Origin: an uncultured Actinomycetes bacterium
GTDB taxonomy: Bacteria > Chloroflexota > Dormibacteria > CF-121
NCBI GenBank assembly: GCA_964601135.1
Contig: CAZRMD010000004.1
Coordinates: forward strand, 1 to 43,675
Length of the DNA: 43,675 nucleotides
Direction of reading: 5' to 3'
Positions 25,899 to 36,144 of this stretch are shown here, piece after piece. The translations under genes were made by a program, and so were the position numbers. Numbering within the stretch: position 1 is the first letter of the stretch; each line of letters starts with the position of its first letter. The notes under the pieces were generated by a model. It worked only from the letters and a program-made list of their open reading frames with translations, was not told the DNA's origin and did not search any database.

Positions 25899-26060
25899 AT
25901 GCCGGTCTATGAATTCAAGTGCGAAAGCTGTGGGAACGTCTTCGAGGTGATGGGCAGCTATGCCGAGCGCGAGAAGGAACATACCTGCCCGAAATGTCAG
26001 AGCACTGACGTCAAGCAGGCGATCTCGCTGTTCTCGGCCAAGCCACCAAGCTCCTGGTAA
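25899..26060 (+). CDS. FmdB family zinc-ribbon protein (53 aa, below the ORF-track cutoff)
   Basis: The translation MPVYEFKCESCGNVFEVMGSYAEREKEHTCPKCQSTDVKQAISLFSAKPPSSW has the hallmark MPxYEFxCxxCG...CPxC pattern. The SD is GAGGAGG. Confidence 0.8.
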   Translation: MPVYEFKCESCGNVFEVMGSYAEREKEHTCPKCQSTDVKQAISLFSAKPPSSW

Positions 26061-26080
26061 CGCTCAGCGCCAAAACCTGA

Positions 26081-26497
26081 TCAGGTAGTAACCGCGACAC
26101 ACATCAATTCAACCTTGGCTTGAGGATCGAATAGCCGCCTGACCTCGAGCAGAGCCATTGCAGGGTAATGCGTTCCGAAATGACGGCGATAAGCCGCGCC
26201 GATCGCTTTCGATGACTGCCGGTACTCCTTGATATCGGTCACGAAGATCTGCATGCTGACCAAGTCCCGCGGTTTGGCTCCAGCGGCATCCAGGGCTTTC
26301 AGAACGTTTGCGGCCGCCACGTCGAACTGCTCGGCCACCGTTCCGGCGACGAGGCTGCCGTCGGCTCGTTGCGCGGTCTGGCCGGCGAGGTACACAGCAC
26401 GTCCGGGCTGGGCGATCACGGCGTGCGAAAACCCGCGCGGTTGGGGAAGGGAATCAGGGTTGCGAATCTCGTGGGGCGTTGCTATCGGCCGCTCCAC
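26081..26497 (-). CDS. RidA/YjgF family protein
   Basis: Matches in size and pattern (AVYLAGQTA..., ...VELMCVAV at the C-terminus). GTG 26497 overlaps the hydratase 3' end by 16 nt. Confidence 0.75.
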   Translation of the reverse strand: MERPIATPHEIRNPDSLPQPRGFSHAVIAQPGRAVYLAGQTAQRADGSLVAGTVAEQFDVAAANVLKALDAAGAKPRDLVSMQIFVTDIKEYRQSSKAIGAAYRRHFGTHYPAMALLEVRRLFDPQAKVELMCVAVTT

Positions 26498-27309
26498 TTT
26501 GGCTCTCGCCCCTCCTGGAAGGCTGCATAGAACTCGGCATGGTCTGCGCTCTTCATCAGCAGCGCCTGGGTCATGGTGTCCAGCTCGAGGGCGGCGCCGA
26601 GATTCATGTCTTGCTGCTTGGAGATCAGCATCTTGGTAGCCGCGTAGGCTAGGGCGGGTCCCTGGGCCAGCGCGCGGGCAAGTTCGGTGGTCTTTGCGCT
26701 GAGTTCAGCATCATCGACGACGGCGTTCGCCAGGCCGATCGCGAGCGCTCTCTCCGAGGTCACGCTCTCGCCAAGCAGGAGTAATTCGCTGGCCCGTCCC
26801 AGCCCGATCAACCGGGGAAGCAGATACGCGGATCCCATGTCGCCCCCCGACAAGCCCACCTTGGTGAAGAGAAACGAAAAGCTCGCACTCCGCGCCAGGA
26901 TGCGGAGGTCAGCGGCAAGGGCGATCACCGCGCCGGCGCCTGCCGCGACGCCATTCACGGCGGCGATGATCGGCAGCGGACAATCACGCATTCGCTGCGT
27001 AACCGTCCCGGTCATCCTCGTGAACGCGAGCAGTTCGCGCGGTTGCATCTTCTGCAGCTCCCCGATGATTTCCCTCACGTCGCCGCCGGAGTTGAAGCCA
27101 CGACCCGTTCCGGTGATCACCAGCACCCTGGCATCATCCCGCTGGGGCAGCTCGGTGAGCAGATCGCGCAGGTCAGCGTAGACCTGAAACGTCAGCGCAT
27201 TCAGCTTTTGCGGACGGTTGAAGGTGAGCGTCGCAACGCCATCCTCGACGTTGAAGCGAAAATGGTTCCACGATTGCGTCGGCGTGGCCGAGCCGCGGAA
27301 CGCAGTCAT
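26482..27309 (-). CDS. Enoyl-CoA hydratase/isomerase (crotonase) family protein
   Basis: ATLTFNRPQKLNALT, VLVITGTGRGFNSGGDV and AAVNGVAAGAGAVIALAADLRI. ATG 27309 was chosen. Confidence 0.85.
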   Translation of the reverse strand: MTAFRGSATPTQSWNHFRFNVEDGVATLTFNRPQKLNALTFQVYADLRDLLTELPQRDDARVLVITGTGRGFNSGGDVREIIGELQKMQPRELLAFTRMTGTVTQRMRDCPLPIIAAVNGVAAGAGAVIALAADLRILARSASFSFLFTKVGLSGGDMGSAYLLPRLIGLGRASELLLLGESVTSERALAIGLANAVVDDAELSAKTTELARALAQGPALAYAATKMLISKQQDMNLGAALELDTMTQALLMKSADHAEFYAAFQEGREPKWSGR

Positions 27310-27350
27310 CGGCAAGAACTTATCATCTCTTCCGAAGGAGCGACGGGCAG

Positions 27351-28190
27351 ATGAACATCGGGCTCGGCCTTCCAACGACCATCGCCGGGATGACCGGTGA
27401 CCTCCTCATCGAGTGGGCGAAACGCGCCGACAGCGGTCCATTCAGCAGTCTCGGCGTCCTGGACCGCATCGCTTACCACAACTACGAGCCATTCACCGCG
27501 CTCGCCGCAGCCGCCGCGGTCACGGGACGGATCCGGCTGGCCACGATGATCGTGATCGCGCCGCTTCGAAACACGACCATCCTGGCGAAGCAAGCGGCGT
27601 CGCTGGACGCGCTGGCTGGCGGGCGGCTGACCCTGGGACTGGCAGTGGGCGCTCGAGAGGAGGATTACGCCGCCGCGGGCATCGAGGGCCGCGGGCGAGG
27701 GCGCCGCTTCGCCGAGCAGCTGGAAGTGATCCGCGACATCTGGGAAGAGGGAAGGATCGGGCCGAAAGTGGCCGGTCCGGGTCCACAGTTGCTGGTGGGC
27801 GGGTCGAGTGGCGAGGCGCTCGCCCGCATGGCTCGCTATGGCGACGGCTATGTCCATGGCGGCGGTCCGCCGCGAGCATTCGAGGGCGCTGCCGCGCGAG
27901 CGCGCGCAGCCTGGAGCGATCTCGGCCGGCCGGGGAATCCCATCCTGTGGGGGATGGGTTATTTCGCTCTGGGCGATGGATCAGCAGAGTCGGGCGCTGC
28001 CTACCTCCGGCATTACTACGCCTTCACCGGCCCGTTTGCCGAAAAGATCGCCGCCGGCAATCTGACCTCCGCTGGCGCGATCGTCGATTTCATTCGCGGA
28101 TATGAGGACGCTGGTTGTGACGAGTTGGTCCTGTTTCCAACCGTGTCGACCATCGACCAGGTGGAACGACTGGCTGAGGTGATCCACTAA
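27351..28190 (+). CDS. LLM class (luciferase-like) flavin/F420-dependent oxidoreductase
   Basis: MNIGLGLP..., FSSLGVLDRIAY, LDALAGGRLTLGLAVG, and C-terminal GCDELVLFP. The SD is GAAGGAG. Confidence 0.8.
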   Translation: MNIGLGLPTTIAGMTGDLLIEWAKRADSGPFSSLGVLDRIAYHNYEPFTALAAAAAVTGRIRLATMIVIAPLRNTTILAKQAASLDALAGGRLTLGLAVGAREEDYAAAGIEGRGRGRRFAEQLEVIRDIWEEGRIGPKVAGPGPQLLVGGSSGEALARMARYGDGYVHGGGPPRAFEGAAARARAAWSDLGRPGNPILWGMGYFALGDGSAESGAAYLRHYYAFTGPFAEKIAAGNLTSAGAIVDFIRGYEDAGCDELVLFPTVSTIDQVERLAEVIH

Positions 28191-28194
28191 GTTC

Positions 28195-30273
28195 GTGCGC
28201 CACGCCGTAATCGGCGGCGGACCGGCCGGACTGTATTTCGCCCTGCTGGCGAAGAAGGCCAACCCGTCTGATGAGGTGCTCGTCGTCGAGCGCAATCCGC
28301 CTGACGCCACGTTCGGCTGGGGCGTCGTCTTTTCCGAAGAGACCCTGGGTGCCTTGCGGGACGCAGATTATGAGACCTACACCGAGATTGGGGAGAGCTT
28401 CGCCCGCTGGAACGCGATCGACATCTATTACCGGGACACGAAGATCAGGTCACGGGGCCACGTCTTCACCGGCATTTCGCGAAAGGTGCTCCTCAACATC
28501 CTGCAACGCCGCTGTCGGGCCCTGGGTGTCCAGCTCCAGTTCGAACGTGAGGTCAGCGACGTTCACGAGTTCGACGACGCGGACCTGGTTATTGGCGCCG
28601 ACGGCATCAATGGATTGGTCCGTCGAACGTACGCCGAGCACTTCCGGCCGCAGGTAGAGGTCCATCCGACCAAGTACGTCTGGTTTGGCAGTGATCTGCC
28701 CCTGGACGCTTTCACCTTCATCTTCCGGCGAAATGACCATGGCCTTTTCCAGGTCCATGCCTATCCCTTCGATGCCCGGACCTGCACCTTCATCGTCGAA
28801 TGCCCGGAAGACGCGTGGCGGGTCGCTGGCCTCGAGTCCGCAAGCGAGGCGGAAAGCATCCGATACTGCGAATCCCTCTTCGAGCCTGAGCTGCGCGGCG
28901 CCCACCTGATGTCCAACCGCTCTTTATGGATCAACTTCGCGACGTTGCGGCAGGACACCTGGCATCACGGCAATGTCGTTCTGCTTGGCGATGCCGCCCA
29001 TACCGCCCACTTCTCCATCGGCTCCGGCACGAAGCTGGCGATGGAAGACAGCATCGCCCTGGTCGACGCACTGCGACGGCATCACGACCGGGACGCGGCC
29101 TTGAACGACTACGAGATGGAGCGCCAGCCGGTGGTCGAACGTTTTCAGGAGGCGGCGTTGGAAAGCTCCAGCTATTTCGAGCACGTGTCTCGCTATGCGC
29201 AGTTTGATCCCAAGCAGTTCGCCTTCAACCTGCTGACCCGCAGCCGGCGCATCACGTACGTCAATCTGACCCAGCGCGACCCGGATCTGGTCCGTACCGT
29301 GGACTCATGGTTCAGCGCAGCGGCGAGCGGCTCTCCCGATGGCGCCGTCCGGCTCAGCCCACCGCCGATGTTTGTCCCGTTCCGGATAGGCGAGGTCAGC
29401 GTTCCGAATCGCGTCGCCGTCGACGCCGGCCCCGATCTCGAGGCGGCTGGCCGGATGGGCGCCGGCCTCGTCATTACCGAGTTTGTAAGCGTCACGGCTG
29501 AAGGACGCATCACGCCCGAGACCCCGGTGTTCGATCGCATGTACCAGGACACGCTTCGAACGGCAGCGGAGCGCATCCATCAGGCCGGAGGTCGTGTCGC
29601 CCTGCAGCTGGGTCATGCCGGTCGCCGCGGCTCGATGCGGCCGCGCTCGCAGGGTGTCGACCGGCCATTGGCGCATGGCTGGAAGCTCATCGCCCCGTCC
29701 CCGATCGCGTACACGCCCAGGTCGACTCTGCCGCGTGGGATGTCGACGCGGGACATCAAGCATCTCGTCGACGTGACGGCGGCGGCGGCGAGGGCCGCAG
29801 CATCCTGCCACATCGATGTCCTCGAGATCAACATGGGTCATGGGTATCTGCTTGCCAGCTTTATCTCGCCCCTGACCAATCAACGCACTGATGAGTTCGG
29901 TGGCACTTTCGAAAACCGCATGCGCTTTCCCCTGGCGGTGTTGGACGCCGTCCGGGCCGCATGGCAACGTCCGTTGATCATCCGGATCACAGCGGGAGAT
30001 CTTATGCCCGGGGGTGCCGATCTCGACGAGGCAGTGGCGGCCGCTACCCTCCTCAAGGCGCATGGCGCCGACCTGATCCACCCGGTGATGGGTCAGACCG
30101 TCTGGGAGAGCCGTCCCGATTACCGCCGGCTGTTCGGGGTGTCGGCCAGTGATCGGATCCGAAATGAGGCCGGCGTTCCTACGCTGGCCGACGGCTACAT
30201 CACGACGAGTGACGACGCTAACACCATCCTTGCATCGGGCAGGGCCGACCTGTGCATGTTGGCAAAGATCTGA
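28195..30273 (+). CDS. Bifunctional flavoprotein: N-terminal FAD monooxygenase + C-terminal OYE-like domain (salicylyl-CoA 5-hydroxylase/oxidoreductase-like)
   Basis: N-terminus VIGGGPAGLYFA (GxGxxG), LVIGADGINGLVR, and LLGDAAHTAHFSIGSGTKLAMED. C-terminal half: LQLGHAGRRGS, GHGYLLASFISPLTNQRTDEFGG and RADLCML. Confidence 0.75.
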   Translation: MRHAVIGGGPAGLYFALLAKKANPSDEVLVVERNPPDATFGWGVVFSEETLGALRDADYETYTEIGESFARWNAIDIYYRDTKIRSRGHVFTGISRKVLLNILQRRCRALGVQLQFEREVSDVHEFDDADLVIGADGINGLVRRTYAEHFRPQVEVHPTKYVWFGSDLPLDAFTFIFRRNDHGLFQVHAYPFDARTCTFIVECPEDAWRVAGLESASEAESIRYCESLFEPELRGAHLMSNRSLWINFATLRQDTWHHGNVVLLGDAAHTAHFSIGSGTKLAMEDSIALVDALRRHHDRDAALNDYEMERQPVVERFQEAALESSSYFEHVSRYAQFDPKQFAFNLLTRSRRITYVNLTQRDPDLVRTVDSWFSAAASGSPDGAVRLSPPPMFVPFRIGEVSVPNRVAVDAGPDLEAAGRMGAGLVITEFVSVTAEGRITPETPVFDRMYQDTLRTAAERIHQAGGRVALQLGHAGRRGSMRPRSQGVDRPLAHGWKLIAPSPIAYTPRSTLPRGMSTRDIKHLVDVTAAAARAAASCHIDVLEINMGHGYLLASFISPLTNQRTDEFGGTFENRMRFPLAVLDAVRAAWQRPLIIRITAGDLMPGGADLDEAVAAATLLKAHGADLIHPVMGQTVWESRPDYRRLFGVSASDRIRNEAGVPTLADGYITTSDDANTILASGRADLCMLAKI

Positions 30274-30317
30274 GTGTGATCAACAGAGTTCCTGCTGCGC
30301 GTGGCAGGTGAGCTTCC

Positions 30318-30323
30318 TACAAT
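30318..30323 (+). promoter_or_regulatory. -10 box (TACAAT) positioned for a leaderless transcript of the 30330 gene
   Basis: TACAAT is followed by 6 nt (cgcgct) and then GTG 30330. There is no SD. Confidence 0.35.
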
Positions 30324-30329
30324 CGCGCT

Positions 30330-32272
<1,943 letters not shown>

Positions 32273-32280
<8 letters not shown>

Positions 32281-33100
32281 CTCTGGTCAGGGTAAGTCCG
32301 ATCATTCCGTGGGCTGGCTTTGGATCGCTGAAGACTTTCGTCATGGGATCGGCGCCGGAAACCTTCGAGGTATCCCAGAGCCGGTTCTGGGCCTCGAAGC
32401 TGACTTCGGCCAGACCGCGGAACCGATCGAGCAGCTTGGTGCCCATCTCGTGGACCAGGTGCTGGATCGACATGCTGACGAAGTCGTCGAAGGTCGCGAT
32501 CACGGCATCCCGCACGAGTTCGGAAGGTATCCTGGCTGGCCCGTCACTGATGCCGTCTTCGAGTTGCTGGTATCGCCAGTGCACATCGAGATAGATGAAG
32601 AGGGGCCGATCGGAGACTTCGGGCAGCGTCGTATACGCGTCGCGGGCGAAGTCCTTGAACGCGCTACCCGTGAGCTTGATGAGGCGCAAGTTGCGGCGGC
32701 CGCAGCGAAGCGCGTGGATGCCGTCGCGCCCGATCTCGAGCTCCACACTGCCATAATCATCGGCCAGCGGGCTCAGCAGCTTTTGGCTGTGCTGGGCAAA
32801 GGGCGTCTCACGCAGCAGCAATCGGAGCCACTGCATCTGCGGATAGGTCTGGAGGAAGCGTCGACCCAGAAACGCGGCGAAGCCTTCGTGACTCGCACCG
32901 CTGTACTCGAGGGCCATGGCATAGACGAAATTCTTCATCGTGTCGGTCGCGACGACCTGACGGTTGTCGCCCTCGGTATAGGCGGGCAGGAAGTTGTCAC
33001 CGAAGACGTCGATGCTGACCCGTCCCCCGAGCAGGCCGCGATGGGGATGGGTGCGATAGAAGGACACGTCATGCTTGCCATAGCGGATCTCTGCCTTCAC
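32273..33100 (-). CDS. uox: Urate oxidase (factor-independent urate hydroxylase)
   Basis: KAEIRYGKHDVSFYR N-terminus and the uricase signature VATDTMKNFVY. GTGA overlap with the upstream OHCU decarboxylase gene. Confidence 0.9.
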
Positions 33101-33516
33101 GAGCGAAGTCGATCCTCAGCGATATCGATGATCGCCTGGAGGCCGGCCGCCATTTCTTCATCGCGAGAGCGGGTGAGACGCTGGCGAAGGACCTCGACGA
33201 TCTCGGCTTTGGGCCGCCGATTGACAAAGACGACGAATCGGAATCCGAACCGGCTCTCGTAGTCGGCATTCAGCTGCTTGAGCTCTGGCAGCACGTCGGC
33301 GCCCTGCTCGTTCAAGGCCCGTGCCGAAAGACGCTTCGGATCCTCGCCAATCCGGAGATGGGCATTCAAGGTGGCGATCTTTTCTTCCTCCGTCATCGTC
33401 GGCAGCACCGCGCGCATCGCCGATATCACCTCCTCGGGCGTGTGATACCGGCCGCGTGCCCGGACCTTGTTTGCGAGCGGAGTCGAGCCTTCGAGCGCTT
33501 CTTCGATGCTAATCAT
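33097..33516 (-). CDS. uraD: OHCU decarboxylase-like protein (short, divergent)
   Basis: LNAHLRIGE corresponds to the conserved HPRIG region. C-terminal YESRFGFRFVVFVNRRPKAEIV...RL matches the F.F(I/V)......GRS pattern of OHCU decarboxylases. Its position between the HIU hydrolase and uricase genes also fits. Confidence 0.7.
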   Translation of the reverse strand: MISIEEALEGSTPLANKVRARGRYHTPEEVISAMRAVLPTMTEEEKIATLNAHLRIGEDPKRLSARALNEQGADVLPELKQLNADYESRFGFRFVVFVNRRPKAEIVEVLRQRLTRSRDEEMAAGLQAIIDIAEDRLRS

Positions 33517-33544
33517 TCGTCGAGGTCACGGATTCTTCCGTGTG

Positions 33545-33853
33545 TCACGTGCCGCGGTAGCTCGAGCAGGAAAATGGCGAGATGAGCAGCGGCACATGGT
33601 AGTGGCGGCCTTCGCGGAGCTGCAGCTCCAGGGTGACCGTCTCGAAGAGATGCGGCTCGCCGCCGAAGTAGGCGCCAACTTCGAACAGCAGGCGATAGCT
33701 CCCGGGGTTGATGCCGCCCCCACTCAGGTCGGCGATTCGCCCATTGTCATCGGTCGTCAGGGTGCGCGTGCCGAGGGTGACACGAACGCCCGACGCCGGC
33801 TTGCCGGTCGCGACATCGAGCACATGGGTCGATACGGTGGCGAGGGTGCTCAC
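33545..33853 (-). CDS. uraH: 5-hydroxyisourate hydrolase (transthyretin-like)
   Basis: VSTHVLDVATGKPASGVRVTL, HYHVPLLISPFSCSSYRGT (C-terminal YRG[ST] tetrapeptide). GTGA overlap with the XDH large subunit stop. Confidence 0.9.
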   Translation of the reverse strand: MSTLATVSTHVLDVATGKPASGVRVTLGTRTLTTDDNGRIADLSGGGINPGSYRLLFEVGAYFGGEPHLFETVTLELQLREGRHYHVPLLISPFSCSSYRGT

Positions 33854-36144
33854 AGTCCCACGAGATCATCCGGCCTGACCGGCGCCCGGCGCAGCTCGCG
33901 ACCCGTCGCATTCCGCAAGGCGGCGACCACTGCCGCCGGTACAACGACGGTCGACGGCTCGCCTACGCCCTTAGCGCCATAGGGCAAGCCGGGCTCTGGC
34001 TCTTCGACGAGCTCGGAAACCACGGGTGGCATATCGAGGATCGTTGGAATCAGATAGTCGGTGAACGATGCGTTCTTCACCTGGCCCTGCACCAGCGCCA
34101 CTTCTTCCATCAGGGCCAGTCCAAGGCCTTGGGCGCTGCCACCTTCGATCTGACCTCTCACGCTCTGTGGATTGATGGCGCGACCAACGTCCTGGGCAAC
34201 GGCCAGCTGCACGACCCGCACCAGCCCCAGGTCTTGATCGACTTCCACTACGGCGCGCGCCGCACCGAAGGCAAAGCTCACGTGCGGATCGCCCTGGCCG
34301 TTCGCATCCAGCTTGCGGGTGGGACGGTGGTGAAAGACGCGCGTAGCTTCGACGGGCCGGCGCAGATTCTCGAGCCCGCCCTGCCCCTCGATCGCTTCGC
34401 GAACTGCCTGGCAGGCGAGTTGCACGGCGCCACCCGTCATCATCGTCTGCCGCGAGGCCGAGCTGGAGCCGGCCGATCCGATTGTCGTATCGGGCGGGCA
34501 GACGGTGACGCGCTCGATTCCCAGCTCGGTCCGGACAATCTGGGTCACGACCGTGTCGATGCCCTGCCCAACTTCGACCGCGGCCGTCTTGACCTCGGCG
34601 AGTGGGCCCTGCCCATCGCGATCGGGCCAGACACGCACTGACGCCTCGGACGAATCATCGAAGCCCTCGCTGTAGGCCAGGTTCTTGTAGCCAACCGCGA
34701 CGCCGATGCCGCGTTTCAGGCCTTCACCGTGGCCAACGTTCCCCGCTCCACCCGGCAGCAACATTGGGTCGCGATCGAGTGGAGAATCCTCGGCGGGCAA
34801 CGGGAGTTCGCGCAGGCGCTCCAGGCACTCGCGGACTGGCGCCGCGCCGACGATCGGCTGTCCAGTTGGCAGGACTGACCCGGTTTTCAGGGCGTTCTTG
34901 AGGCGCAGCTCGAGGGGATCCATCTGAAGGGCGGCTGCGAGTTTGTCCATCTGTGCCTCATAGGCAAAACAGGCCTGGACCGCCCCGAAGCCACGCATGG
35001 CGCCGCAGGGCGGATTGTTCGTAAAGACTGCGGTCCCGGTGAGTCTCGCGTTGGGGACCTCATAGGGACCCGCGGCGAACGTCGTCGCATTGCCAATCAC
35101 GGCCGGCGAGGTCGAGGTGTAGGCGCCGCCATCGACCAACAAACGGGCCTGCACGTTGACCAGCCGGCCATCCTTCAGGGCGCCATGCCGCATCCAGATC
35201 CGGGATGGATGGCGATGCACATGGCCGTAGAACGATTCTTGCCGGCCATAGCTCATTCTCACCGGCCGTTTCGTGCGAAGAGCCAGCAGGCAAGCGTGGA
35301 TCTGCATGCTGACGTCCTCCCGGGCGCCGAATGCGCCGCCCACGCCGGAGAGATGAAGCCTGACTTTTTCCGGCGGCAGGTCGAGGCAGGGAGCGAGCTG
35401 TTCCAGGTCGGCATGCAGCCACTGGGTGGCGATGAAGAGGTCCACGCCTCCGTCCGCGGCGGGGATGGCCAGGCCGGCCTCGGGACCAAGCGGCGCCTGG
35501 TCCTGCATTCCGGTTTCATAGAAGCCCTCGACCCAAACGTCGGCTTTTGCCTCCGGGTCGCCGTGCACGATCTGCAGGCTGCGCACGACGTTCCCTTGCG
35601 GATGGATTGCTGGAGCGCTGGACTCGAGCGCTTGCTCCATATCCGTGACCGGCGTGAGCACCGTGTAGTTGACAGCGATGTGCTTCAGCGCTGTGCGGGC
35701 CAGCTCAGGGTCCTCGGCAGCAACGATCGCCACCGGCTCACCGGCATAACGAACGACATCGATCGCCAGGACCGGCTGATCCTGGACGTCGAGGCCAAAG
35801 GTCTTCTTTCCGGGCACGTCCGCATGGGTGAGCACGGCGTGCACGCCAGGCATCGCCGCCGCAGCGGACACATCGAGCGAAACGATGCGCGCATATGGGT
35901 GCGGACTGCGTAGCGTCGCGCCGTACAGCATGCCGTCCCGATGGAGGTCGCTGGCGTACTCGAACTCGCCTTTGACCTTCGGGACACCATCGACCCGTTT
36001 GACGGATTCCCCGACGCCGCCTTTCCGTCGGATCTCGACTGACGTTTTTGCCGGCCCGGTGCGCTCCAGCGCGCGGCTCGCCGGCCACAGGAGGGCACGG
36101 CTCGCCTTGCGCTCTCCCGCGCGGCCGGCGGCTTCGCGACTCAT
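33850..36144 (-). CDS. Xanthine dehydrogenase family, molybdopterin-binding large subunit
   Basis: VKRVDGVPKVKGEFEYASDL (a/b hammerhead start), SGVGGAFGARED, AMRGFG, and the size (764 aa). ATG 36144 overlaps the deaminase stop (ATGA). Confidence 0.85.
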   Translation of the reverse strand: MSREAAGRAGERKASRALLWPASRALERTGPAKTSVEIRRKGGVGESVKRVDGVPKVKGEFEYASDLHRDGMLYGATLRSPHPYARIVSLDVSAAAAMPGVHAVLTHADVPGKKTFGLDVQDQPVLAIDVVRYAGEPVAIVAAEDPELARTALKHIAVNYTVLTPVTDMEQALESSAPAIHPQGNVVRSLQIVHGDPEAKADVWVEGFYETGMQDQAPLGPEAGLAIPAADGGVDLFIATQWLHADLEQLAPCLDLPPEKVRLHLSGVGGAFGAREDVSMQIHACLLALRTKRPVRMSYGRQESFYGHVHRHPSRIWMRHGALKDGRLVNVQARLLVDGGAYTSTSPAVIGNATTFAAGPYEVPNARLTGTAVFTNNPPCGAMRGFGAVQACFAYEAQMDKLAAALQMDPLELRLKNALKTGSVLPTGQPIVGAAPVRECLERLRELPLPAEDSPLDRDPMLLPGGAGNVGHGEGLKRGIGVAVGYKNLAYSEGFDDSSEASVRVWPDRDGQGPLAEVKTAAVEVGQGIDTVVTQIVRTELGIERVTVCPPDTTIGSAGSSSASRQTMMTGGAVQLACQAVREAIEGQGGLENLRRPVEATRVFHHRPTRKLDANGQGDPHVSFAFGAARAVVEVDQDLGLVRVVQLAVAQDVGRAINPQSVRGQIEGGSAQGLGLALMEEVALVQGQVKNASFTDYLIPTILDMPPVVSELVEEPEPGLPYGAKGVGEPSTVVVPAAVVAALRNATGRELRRAPVRPDDLVGL

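Noticed and set aside
33545-33560. The HIU hydrolase C-terminus reads YRGT instead of the canonical YRGS.
   Set aside because: This is a conservative Ser/Thr change in an otherwise typical sequence, probably within normal family variation.
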